Shown here: one piece after another, positions 48,757 to 61,156 of the stretch | Numbering within the stretch: position 1 is the stretch's first letter | How the letters are laid out: the number at the start of each line of letters is the position of its first letter | Position numbers and translations under genes: made by a program | Notes under the pieces: generated by a model | Seen by the model: only the letters and a program-made list of their open reading frames with translations | The model's database searches: none | Told to the model about the DNA's origin: nothing | Assembly (NCBI GenBank): GCA_028534125.1 | Contig: CM052817.1 | Coordinates: 49,540,001 to 49,604,000 of the forward strand | From: Lama glama | Taxonomy: Eukaryota | Length of the DNA: 64,000 bases | Reading direction: 5' to 3'

Positions 48757-50964
48757 GAACAACCCCTTATCATGCCAAGGACATCCATTTGCCCTGGGGT
48801 TAGAATTTTACAGGGGAAATTTTGAAAGAGAAAAATGCAGTTTTTAAAATCCAAAGTAGGATTTGTTTTTAGTTGAGAGAAAACAGGAATTTTGAAACCA
48901 AAGCCTCATCAAGAAAGGAAAATAGATTCCAAATTCTTTTAGCTCCAGTTACCTTTTTAGAGCCAGGCCTGGACAAGATCATTAAATTCCTTCCATATTG
49001 TAGACAGGATATTCCTTCCTTTTTAAAAATCAAACTTTAAGATTTACTGCCTCAGGGAAGGAGGTTATTTAGCAAATTGAGTCTGTATTGGAGAAAAGGA
49101 CGAAGTGAACACTCCATTCTTCTGACTGGGTAAATTGTGGGCCAAAAGAGACAGAGTTGGGGAAAAGAAGTTAGATGTACATGTTCTCTCATTCTGTCTT
49201 GAGGCAGAACTACAGGATGAGTGGAGAAGCAATAAAAATAGGAATGGGTAAGCCCAAGAATGTCAGGACTGTGGCAGCGAGGGGAAGATATGAGGTTCTA
49301 GGAGAAGCCTTGTATGTGGCCTTGCTGAGCTTGATCTGAGAGGGATGTTACACAGTTGACAGAGCAAGGTAGTTGTGTAGATAAACCTGAGGCTTATTTC
49401 CCATGGCCCATTCTATGGATACAAGAAGAAAGGCTGATCCCATGGACTCCAGTGATGAAAGGAGGAGGTGATGAGAGGGCCCTGGGACTGACAGAGACCT
49501 GCACTTAAGCTGGCTACAGAAAGAAGGGAGTCAGAGACCTAGAAAAAATGGCCAGGACCAGACTACAGTGGTAGGTGCCATCAGGGTGTCATTTGCTTGA
49601 TAAGACAAGTAACACCTCAGTTTTGATCCGTCCATGGACCAAACCAGAAAAAAGCAGGGGTCTAGAGAATGCCCCATGACTCAGGTCCTCACTGCTCAGC
49701 TGCCTTAGGTCACAAATACTATTTACTCATACCTAACATACTATCTTGGAGAGGAGCAGGGAAGGAGTAAGAAACCAAGAAAAAATTATAATAAAAATGG
49801 ACATTTACCTGAAGAGCACCCTTTAAACCAGCCTAATAAGAAGTTGAACTTTGATTTCAGGAAACTAATCAATTTCAGTTAGGGAGTGAAATGATGAAAG
49901 AATTTAAATGAAAAGACATAGGTTTTCAACTGCTATTGCACACCACCCAGGGCAAAGACACCATCTTTGACAGAAAAGAAAATTAACCATATTTCTTTGC
50001 ATATCTATATGTAGGGAGTAACTGTTGATCTCAGTACATCTTCTAAAATAGATAAATGAAGAATGGAGGAAAATACCTAGAGCTGAATCTCAAGCCACAG
50101 CCTCTCCTTGCACCTGCCATCTCTATTCAATTATATTTATGACATATCTCTAAGTTAATACCAGCACCATCTACTAGATAGAACAAAATCAAGGACAATA
50201 ATGAGTAGATAGAACTACTAGAACTCAATATTGTATAAGCATCATTTCTCAATGGGAAATTAGTCCACATCTTTTGATCATGAACACAGAAAAAACAAAC
50301 AGAAAGAAATAATTTCAGGTCTAACAAAGCAAGCATCTAAAATAGGAATGAAGAGGATTAGTAACTATTTTGAACCATTTTTTATTTTTATTTTAATTTT
50401 TCATAAACATTAAAATAATTATAACAATATCACTTGATCATAAATTTTCTTTATAAACCCAAAAGTCTTGAGATAGCCATTTTACAAAACAAATATTATT
50501 TTGTAAATAAGGTTTTTTATATACTTAGAAAAAGCACAATTAATACCTGATTTAGACTATTATTTTAGTATCTGTTTTATAGGTTATAGAATCTAAACTA
50601 CTGAAGAAATAAAGAAGATAAATGATTTAACAGAATGTAAGGAAAATTGAAATAAGATTTTCAAACTTGCAGCTATAAGTTCTAGAAATCTAATATAGTT
50701 ATTAACTAAATTATGAAATAGATATTTATCTGTAAGTATTAGCATAGCCAGAATTATCCAAAAATATTTATTATGTTCTAATAGACACAAAATTGTGCCA
50801 ACTGCTATTTAAAGTTAATTTGAATAGACACAATTTCAACAAACCCAGCCAAGTGGATTCCTTTCCCTGAACTTCAGATGATTATCTATCTTTCCTTTCT
50901 GTTACGGAAAATTATATGAGGACTGTGGTTTTCTCTCTGGTGTCACCTTCATTAGGATTTTATT

Positions 50965-51360
50965 TTCTCTTTTCTTTTAAAAAATATTTTCAAAATTAGA
51001 AGTTGCAAGAATATTAAAAGAACTTTCTTTTCTTTGTACCATTTGTAACATGCAGCCATCATGTCCAATCACCCCAATGTACGTACTGTAACGTGTATTT
51101 CCTACAAACCAGGGCATTGTTCTGGTACAGTAAAACCACCAACATCAGGAAACTAACATAAATACATTACTACCTCTCAATCCAAATATCCCATTCAAGT
51201 TTCCTCAATTATCCTAACCACATTCATTATAGCCAAGGTACCCAGAATCACATGCTGCATTTAGTTATTTAGACTCATTCAATCTAGAAGAGTTCTCCAG
51301 TTTTTCTTTGACTTTCATGATCTTGACATTTTTGAAGACTATAGGTCACCTTTTTTTACA
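50965..51360 (-). mobile_element. L1MB-like 3' end
   Basis: 'gaagttgcaagaat', 'gtgtatttcctacaaac' and 'actttcatgatcttgacatttttgaagactatagg'. Confidence 0.55.
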
Positions 51361-52537
51361 GGCTATTTCTCCGTGTTAGCTTTTGCTTTTTTGAATATTA
51401 TGAACAACTGATCATGCATTCACAAAAGGGGGAAGAGGGTAGAATGTGTGGATTCAGATGAAGGCAAGTTACTAGATAAGTGTGGAAAATTCACTTCTGA
51501 TTCACTTCTATTTCTTCAGTAAAATAAGTAATAAGACCAACAGCTGAGTGAGAATGAGGAGGAGGTATTTGGAAAGAACAGGTCTGAAATAATTCTGAGA
51601 AGAGTGAATAGGAATTAAATAGAGGCATATAGTATGATTATTAAACAGCACTCTAGGGCCATGTGAAGATAGCATCATGAATTTAAAGAGAGAAGAGAGT
51701 AGAGAATGTATGCAGGAGAGTGCATATAAAGAAGGACCATGTAATCTAAACTGGGTAACAGAGGAAATGTGGACTTGATATGGGTGAGAAACCATGAAAA
51801 GGGGACAGAATCAATGGATTAGTGGGATCCTAGTGGGATCCAAGAAGTGTTGGACTCAAATAATTAGAGGGAGTGAACTGGACAGAGGTAGTAAATACTT
51901 GATAATGTCTTCATTTCTCCCTCCTCCTTAAATAATCATATATATAGAAAATGGAGTTCTAGTTTCTACCTAATTTTCTTATATTTTTGAAGATATTGCT
52001 CTATTCTCTTTTTGCAACCTCTGTTTAGAAAGGGTAAGCTGTATTTTTATATGTTTGATTTGTTAATTTTCCCCCTACTTATTGGTATTGAAATATTTGA
52101 TAGATGAGGACTTTTAAAAACTCTTTATCCTACTTTAAACTCTTTAGGTCCTCCAAACTGCAGATTCATATCTTCAGTTCTTAGAAATTCTTGGTTATTA
52201 TTTATTCTAATGTTGTCTCATTCCATTATTTTCTTTTAAGACTCCTATGGAATATGTTTTTCATCTTTTTCTGTGCTTTTATAGGTAGTTTCATAAGAGT
52301 ATAAAGATAATAATCTTACCATTTGTAAATAAGAAATCCTTGGACAGAGAACTTTATCATTGTTAAATGAGCCTGTTTGTTCTAGGTATTTATCAGTAGC
52401 AATAGATGGAGGTATTCTTTAGGGATGTTTTAAAGACACAAAAATTACTTAATAAGGCTAGTTTTTTAAATTACTATTATAAAATATTTTTATAATATAC
52501 AATGAATTATATTTAGCTCATTAAAAGTTACCTAGTC

Positions 52538-53032
52538 AGAGGTTCAATATACAAACAGGCAATGGCTAGATCATATAGGAAGGTGTAACTCTGACCCATT
52601 GCCTTCAGGAACTAGCCCAGAAAGCCAACAGACTATCTATAACAACCCGTCCGAGAGTCCAAACAACAAGTAATCAGCCCCAAATGACTAGGACTTGATT
52701 AATAATTTGATTATTAATTGATAACTTTCTTAATATTTCCCTCTGCTTTCAACTTAGGACTAATCAGAGAAACCTAAATATGCATGCCCTATCCAACCAA
52801 ATATTATGCTTTGCTTCTAGCTAGCCCTCCTATAGCTTTCCCATGCTAACAGCCTCCAATCAGGGTATACCTGAAGACTTTTTTTTTTAACTATAAAGCT
52901 TTCCCCCATTCTGCCTACTTTTGAGTCCCTGCCAAATACAAATGATAATGGCTAACTCCCTTGCTATATAGCAAGCTTTGAATAAACAGCCATTATTTGT
53001 TTTCACTTGGTTGGCCTTTGTTTAATTGTATA
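52538..53032 (+). mobile_element. ERV1-class solo LTR (MER34/MER39-like)
   Basis: CCAAT box (ccaatcagg), TATA (ctataaag near 52891) and AATAAA (52981-52986) occur in LTR order over about 500 bp. Confidence 0.65.
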
Positions 53033-53239
53033 CTAGAGTTTTTTATATATATATATGTATGTATATATACACACATATATATATAAAAATATAAATTTAC
53101 AAATATTATGTAGTATAGTTCCAGCAGTAAATTCCACTGCTTTATTATTAAAGAATTGCTTAAACATTGGTCACTAATAGAGCTAGTGAAACTGTGTCAA
53201 AAATTAGATATTATATGCAGTGTTTATGTACAAGATCTT

Positions 53240-54350
53240 TATGAATGAATAATTGATTAATTCATTACATCAACAATATTCACAAGTATATGCTAAGGAC
53301 TGTTGTTAGCACTAGAAAAGCAACAATCCACATTTTCATTCTACTAATAAATTGATAATTTAATATATATGTATGTACACATATGTATAATACATACATA
53401 GAGGGAAACATAGATAACAAGCTATAAATGCTAAGAAAAAGAAGTAGAGGTTGAAGATAGAAGGTGATGGGGTCACTATTTTAGACAACATGGTCAGAGA
53501 AGGCCCTTCTGAGCAGAAATGTGAAAGAAATGAAAGAGCAAAACTTGAAAGTATTTGCAGCAAGTTTCAAAGGGGAGAGAATAGAAATTACAAACATTGA
53601 GGACAACATGGCTGGAACTGAGTGAAGGTGCAGTTGGAAATACCAGAGAAGGGCAAGATTGCATATGATCTGTATGCCAAGATAAGACTTTGAATTTAAT
53701 TCTGACTGTGCTGAAAAGGCATTTGAGGCTTTTATGCAGCAACATAATCTGACTAATATTTCCATAATACCACTCTGATTGTTGTATACAGAATGGGGTC
53801 AGTTATGGAACAAGTGATGAAGTTAGGAGATACTGCAGTATTTCAGATGACTGATTATCTGATCATTGATTAGGTGGTATTAGTGAAGATGGTGACAAGT
53901 GGTTAGACGTGAATATATATTTTCATGGTAGAGACTGTAGGATTTTCTAATGGATTGGATGTAAAATGGAGTCTAGGGTGACTTCAAGGTTTTTGTCATG
54001 ACCAACTGGGTGGAGAATGGTGCAACTTACTGAGATTAGGAAGACTTAGAAGAAGCAGTTATGAGGGTTAGGGAGATTAACTGTTAAATTTTGAACATGT
54101 TAAGCATAAAATGCTTACGTGAAATACAAGTGAGTATGCTGAGTAGAGATTTAGATATGTAAGTCTGGTGTTCAGAGAAGAGGTAAGGACGACTGGAAGT
54201 ATAAGTTTGGGAATTATGAACATACAGTATATATGAAACGAAGTAGCTGAGTTAGAAAGTAAGTGAGATAGTGAAGATATCTGAGGGCTGAGCCCTGAGA
54301 ACGTGCAAAATTTAGTAGCTGGGAAGAGGCAGAGGATTCAGCAAACAGTT
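53240..54350 (-). mobile_element. LINE-2 3' region
   Basis: 'cattacatcaacaatatt' L2 tail, 'ggtcagagaaggccct' and 'tttgaacatgttaag...gatatgtaagtctgg'. Confidence 0.65.
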
Positions 54351-55644
54351 TCTGAGTTGTTGTCCTCTAATGAGCATTTTTAAGGAGTCATGTAACTCTT
54401 GGCTGACTCATGTTTCAAGTATTAGATACAATCTACTACTACCGAAGTTGCACTAGTAGCTGCACTATTAGCGTAGTACACAGTAGTTTGAACATATCTC
54501 CTTTGTTAATTAGCAACAGTGTAAAGCCAAATGTAGCTATAAATTAATTACTTGGAGGTATTTACTCAATAGCCTTTTGAATTAGATGTTTTAATCAAGC
54601 ACTAAAGACACTATGAATAATTTAATTTATGTAATGATAAATGTCTGCTCAATCCTTTAATTCCTGAGTGCCTAAAAGCATGTCCTGCAATAGTAGGAAC
54701 TGAATAAATATTAGTTCCATGCTGTAATGTTTTATCAGTAGATACTTAATAATCACAAAGCCACTTTATGTACTAGCAAAGAACACTCTAAAAATTATTA
54801 CTGTAGGGTATATTTTCCATTCATTTTCTCCAGCAGCATAAAGTGATATACGTGATTAAAAACAGGTATTTCTTGAAATAAGGGTCCCATGTCCAAACTC
54901 TTTCATCAATATTTTTAGTTCTGACTTACTATAAGGCTTTGGTCAAACTGCATTATCCTTGTATAGAGTAGGCACAATATTTTCTTTCTACATGTTGGAA
55001 GCTGTAGGATCTGATGGGATATATGCTGTCCTCAGAGCTCTCTGGAAGAGAGTCAGGGATAATGATAGTGATGATTTAGGTGTGTTAGAAAATACCTCAA
55101 TTGACCAACTGTTGTTTTTAGCATCACCTTATGATTGGCTAAAGAAAGATGGCACGTGATTAGCTTCAGACTGTCAAGAACTCTTTTGAAACCATGGCCC
55201 ATGCCTGAGTCAGATTTAAAAGCCAGGTCCTGGGAAAAGGAGGTTAACTCTGCACTATCTGTCATGTATTTTGGATTTCAGAAGAAAGATTCCAGAGTTT
55301 CATTCTCAAATCATTTTCAATAGCTGCTAGCCAAAGAAGCAGATGCCAGTGATCACTTCAAGATCATAAACTACAAGGTATGGAAGACAATATTTTGTGG
55401 GATTAATGCATACTTTAAAATCTATGTTTTTCTCCTTATGCTCTGTTATAGTTTCCTATGCATGATCTTAAATTTACTTCTATGTTTACATCTTAAATCT
55501 GTCCTGTTCAAATTTTATTTTCTCTACTTGAAACTTGAATGTTGAGGCATTTTCAATGTATTGCTTAGAAGTGTACTTCTAGTCAATTAAAAAATATCTT
55601 TGGAGGTTTATAATGACATCTGTTTGGTTCGAAAAGGTTAATTC

Positions 55645-56940
55645 AGTGTTTCTTAAAGTGCATACCAAGGATTCTTGGGTATCCCTGAGATTCTAATGGA
55701 CTATTGACATCAAAATTAAGTATCACTGTGGTTTCTCTGTGTTGACATTCGTACTGATAAAGTAAAAGCAATAATGATTAAAACTATTAACACCTTAGTG
55801 CTAATCAAGGCACTGGCACCAAACTGTACCAGGAGACATTATAATTTTTGCTTTTAAGCACTCCGGAAAAAAAAATTTCCAGTTTCACTTAAGAATGTTC
55901 TTGATAAAACAATAAAAATTAATTTTATTATATCTTGACCATTGGGTATAGATGTTCTTTAATATGCTAGGTAACAAAATGAAAAGCATACATAAACACA
56001 TGCTGCATACTAAAGGACAATGGTGGTCTTGAGGAAAGTTCTTGGACATTTGAGTTGAAAGCTGAAATAGCTGCTATCTAACACATGGCACCATTTTTAC
56101 TTGAAAAAGCAAGTGACATACAAAATCATGGTTATTTAGACTTAGTTCTTTTGCAGACAATTTATTAAAATTAGTAAAGTAAGCCTATTACTTCAAGGAA
56201 AATAATAATGTGTTTGTGATAAAATTCAAACTCTCAAGTGAAAATTAGAATTTTGGAAAACTTACATAGTCCCCTAAAAACTGAGTTTCACAATACTTAA
56301 TACTTTTTATAATGAAGTTGGTGTTGATATTATATAATGGAATATGTCAGCATTTGGGAGATCTGCATGACTAGGTGAACTAAGTGAATCAATACTTTAT
56401 AAATAGCCAACGCATGATATTACAAAATCATACACATGAAAAGATCCACTTGTCAGGTGACAGAGATAGATGGATTTTAACATCACAAAGTACAACAATT
56501 TCATCCATATGGCTTCAGATTCTACATTGCAACAACTAACCTCTAAGAAACTACCACTTTTCCAGCTTTGGTGTAGAATCAAAGAATATCCACAATTATT
56601 TGAAAAGGCTATCAAAATACTCCTTCTTCTTTCCAACTATATCTCTGTGTGAGACAGAATTTTCCTAAAACACTTCAATCAAAACAATCCATTGGAATGC
56701 AGCAAGTTCAAAAGCAGATAGACATGAGAGTCACAATTTTTAAAATATAATTTAAAAAATTAAAATGTTATTTTAAATAGCTGATTATTTTTATTTTATA
56801 TTAATAAATAAATATTTTAATTTTCTTAGTTTTAATTTTAATATAGCAAATACTGATAGACCGCCCAGATAAACAGTGTCTGTTTAGCATTCTCAGTCAT
56901 TTTAAAGGGTATTTAGGGGTCATGAGAACAAAATGTCCTG
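55645..56940 (+). mobile_element. Charlie1-like hAT DNA transposon fossil with transposase C-terminal remnant
   Basis: Starts 'cagtgtttcttaaagtg'. ORF 56470..56652 (LWCRIKEYPQLFEKAIKILL) resembles the hAT dimerisation domain. Confidence 0.75.
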
Positions 56941-59900
56941 ATTACCTTTGGTTTAATTCCTTGCAAGGGAGAAGTCAGCCATAACAGAATCATGTAATGA
57001 TAGGGTGTTAATTTACTAGCCTTGAAGCTAGATTTAAAAAATATATAAACCTGTAAAAAATGTTATCTGCTGTTTTACTAGTTTAGTGACTCAGTACATC
57101 ACACATTTAACATAGTGATTATGCATCTGATGACTGTGCACGTCAGAAGCTTTAAAAAGTATAATGCTAGTGCTCTAGGTAGTATTTTTTGTTTGTTTGT
57201 TTGTTTTAATGCTTATCTCCTGGTCCCAGGCATGTAACACAATCATTTCCACAATCACACTGAGGATCTCTAAAATACACATGTATTTTGATGATCAGAA
57301 CTCTGTGTGACCCTGCTACAAATCCTCTTAGGTTTGTCATAGGTCACATGATTGAAATCATGGAAGCATAATTGTTTTGGAATATAAAGAGACATCAAAG
57401 ATGATATAGTTCAAACTTTTTTTGGCAGAGATGGAAACAGGCCCCGAGATGGTTAGATAGCAAACAAGGTTATAATGTGACTAATTCTGGAACTAAAATC
57501 TGGTTTCCTAGTTGAATACTCTTTTCACTATATTGCTATTTATTCTATCCAGATCTACACTTTCTGATATGTGAAATCTTCGATCTTGAGTGCAAAATAT
57601 TGAATTACAATGCTGCAACAATTTCATAGACCTAAACTGGTCTAAACTTTGAAACTTTCACCCATTCCTTCAATCCACTAGGAGGACTCAATTTTATTAT
57701 TACTGTTTCAAAGTATTAAGTAAGAGGTGGGAAGATTCAAAGTTGAAAATTCAATTTGGAACTTCAGCTTAATTTTCCAGGTAGTACTGTCCTAGTTGCT
57801 GCTACCATATCTGTTTAAAAAAAAATTTTTTTTTTACTGTGCTTATTTGGGTAACATTGCTAAACTGGAGCCTCTAAGAGCTATAGATAAAAAGCATTTG
57901 AAGAGCTGTGATCTGAGGACATTCTGAAGTTTATACCTCAAGGAACATTTGAGCATTGTAATCTTCAGAATTTCCTACTTTCCTTCTCTCATTTTCTTTC
58001 TTTTTTTATTGTTTTCTGCCCATTTTTTCTCTTCTCTACTCCTTCTCTTCCCCATCCACAAACCTAAAATGAATTAACAATTTAAAAATGTTACACTTAC
58101 TCAATAGTTGTATGTTGCCAGTTTTCACATATAAAACTCATCTTAGTCTGATATAAAGGTATCTCTTTTGTAATATTTTTGTGCATATCTTTGCAGCAAT
58201 TTTTCTTTTCTTTAAAATGTATATAGCTTTCTCTACAAGGATCTTGCACATTTCTTAAGCCTATTACTAGTTATATTGCAGAATCTTTGCTTTTGTAAAA
58301 AAAATAATTTTATTATTATTTACAGGTGACTAATACTGATAGATGGATTTATTAATTTTGGTATATTTATGTTTTGAATCAAGTCACTTTGAAATCTTTT
58401 ATTAATTTAGCAATTTTCCACAGCCTTAGCTTAGATTTTTCTACATAGAAATGGTATTCTTACCTACTAGCCCTTCAATAGTTAAATGTCCTTTTACAAT
58501 TTCCTGCCATATTGTATCATGAACATATAGAAAACTGTCAAATAATATTTAAATCCTTCATTTTAACAATAAGAAAAATCCTGACTCATAGGAAATGATA
58601 ACCTATGTTAATACTAGCTCATAAAGTAGTATGCATGTTAATCTGTAATCAGTTCCTGTAATTTCTATTGAAATAGGTTTAAGGTCATCTTCTCACTTGC
58701 TACATAATAACTGAATTCATGCAGAACTAAGAATAAATCATCCTCTTTTAAATCTTTATCAGTATACTTGATAAAATTTTAGTTATTTATAACACACTTC
58801 TGGAAATGTATAATAATGATTAAATCCTCATTTACAACTGGTCTGTATCCTAAACCAGAGTAGATAAGAAAGAATAATTTGTAATCTTTGAGATATGTCA
58901 TTAAGCATAAACTTCTAATCTTGCAGTTAATGAGGCATCTAATTATAGATTTCATGAGGAAATCCTGGCCAGTCAATATTGCATCATGACTGATTGCATT
59001 CATAAATTATAAGCATAAAGAAGCTCTTCCAGTAAGAAGTACCTGAATAATGCATAGTGAGAGAGATAACTAAGGGAGTAGTACACTCACCAGAAAGGAA
59101 TGAAGCAAAACACATGGTTTAGAAAGATGTGGAGGTTAATAAGGTTCAGTACTCTGTGAATTTGGAATGAAATAAGAAATTAGTCAGAGCTGAATGAGAA
59201 TAATTAGGGTATATTATTAGATGAGGAGTAAGAGTTGGGCAGAAATTGAGAAATGTTACTCAGATCAGGGCCAGACTTGGGAATAGAATCTTCAAGGAGA
59301 AAAAGTGAGGAGTCTTTGGGTGATACCCACCCCTCAGCCTGGATACTGGCTTTGATGTACCATTATCCCTGTTCCCTATGACTAATAGTGTAGAGGCCAA
59401 AAAAGGTAAATCAGCTCCTTAAATTTTATTTTCACCCATCAATGTCACAAGTCTAGTTTAGTTCCAATTTTATTTTATATCTAGTTCACAGGACCCCAGG
59501 GGAGCTACTTAATTCATTCTAGAACAGTTCCTTGGAAGTTCTAATTTGGATAGCTAAGGATCAAATAGAGATATTTTTCAAAATCAGTGCCATTACCTGT
59601 TAGTAGAAAAGATGACTGTTTAGTGAAACATATGTATGTGTGTGGGTACTTTGCTGTCATATAAAATGTATTTTTACTATAGAACATATTAAAAATTTGG
59701 TATGGGGGAAGCTGCACTAAAATGTATCAGAATCCTCATTATTGAGCAGGAAAAAATTTAATGTCTACAAAGATAACTTTAGAGCATGATGTAAGAGGTA
59801 CAGTAAGGGTGGAGGCATTAGTGGGAGTAGTCATCCCTCCAGTAGGGAGGAATATTTTTATCAATGATGTGTTAGATTTTGTGGTGCATGGTGACAATAA

Positions 59901-60480
59901 TAACCACACCAACTTTAATCAGTTTTCTGTTGTTTTAAAATTCATTATTAGACAATGCACCCCCCCCCATTTCCTGTATGCAGAATAGACAGCTTCTACA
60001 ACCCTGATTTCAACCTTGCTGTACCACTGCTCAAGCAGCAATGGAAGTTCCAAGTTATTATATACCAGAGTCAGAGTCTTACCAAGTTATCAATAAAAAT
60101 TATTAGCCACTTATGAATAAGATGTATTCGCTGCAAAACCTAAATCAGCCACGAAAGTGTTTAGAGGAAATGGCTATCTTGATTTTCTCTTAAGTAAAAC
60201 GTATTAGAATATTCCAGTTAAGGAAGACAAGGAGTTATTAGAGTTCTGGAAAGCTAACATTTTTCATGCACACAATATTTTTTACTTTCACCTTTGAAGT
60301 AAAAAGAGAAAAATGATCACAGTTCCAACTCCCAGAAGTAATGTAGAAGGTAAAAATGAATTGTAGTTTGGAATGGAATGAGACAAATCAGTCAGTGAGT
60401 GTTAACTGATCACCTACTATGGGCCTATACCAAACACTAGAAGATATCACAGAAGCAAAAGATCCAGTTTTTGGTCTTTA

Positions 60481-61156
60481 GGGGTTAATATCCAAAATAT
60501 ATCAACAGCTCATATAACTCAGTATCAAAAAAGCAAACAACCCAATTAAAAAATGAGCAGAAGATCTTAGTAGCAGATCTCAGCAGACATTTTTCCAAAG
60601 AAGACATACATATGGCCGCAGGCACATGAAAAGATGCTCAACATTGCAAATCCTCAGGGAGATGCAAATCAAAACCTCAATGAATAGCACAGGGAACTAT
60701 ATTCAATATCTTGTAGTAACTTATGGTGAAAAAGAAAATGAAAATAAATAAATGTTATGTTCATGTATGATTGAAGCATTATGCTGTACACCAGAAATTG
60801 ACACATTATAAACTGACTATACTGCAATAAAAAAGTGTGTGTGTCTATATGTGTGTGTGTGTGTGTGTGTATATAAAACCTCAATGAGATATCACCTCAC
60901 ACCTGTCAGAATGGCTATCATCAAAAAGAACAAATAACAAATGGTGAAGAAAGGCAGAGAGAGGCAAAATAGGGGTAGGGGATTAAGAGGTACAAATTAC
61001 TATGTATAAAATAAATAAGCTACAGTAAGCTACAAGAATATATTGTACAGCACAGGAAATATAGCCAATACTTTATAATAACTTTAAATAGAATATAACC
61101 TATAAAATATTGAATCATTCTGCTGTAATCTGAAACTAGTATTATAATTCAACTAT
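60481..61156 (+). mobile_element. LINE-1 3' fragment with an internal deletion and a nested younger L1 tail (60684-60874)
   Basis: Host ORF2-end sequence is split by a perfect TSD aaaacctcaatga (60671-60683 and 60875-60887). Confidence 0.85.

Noticed and set aside
51820..51841. Tandem 11-bp duplication tagtgggatcc (and gttacaccat x2 at 16031-16050)
   Set aside because: Ordinary two-copy slippage; no spacer structure, so not CRISPR-like.
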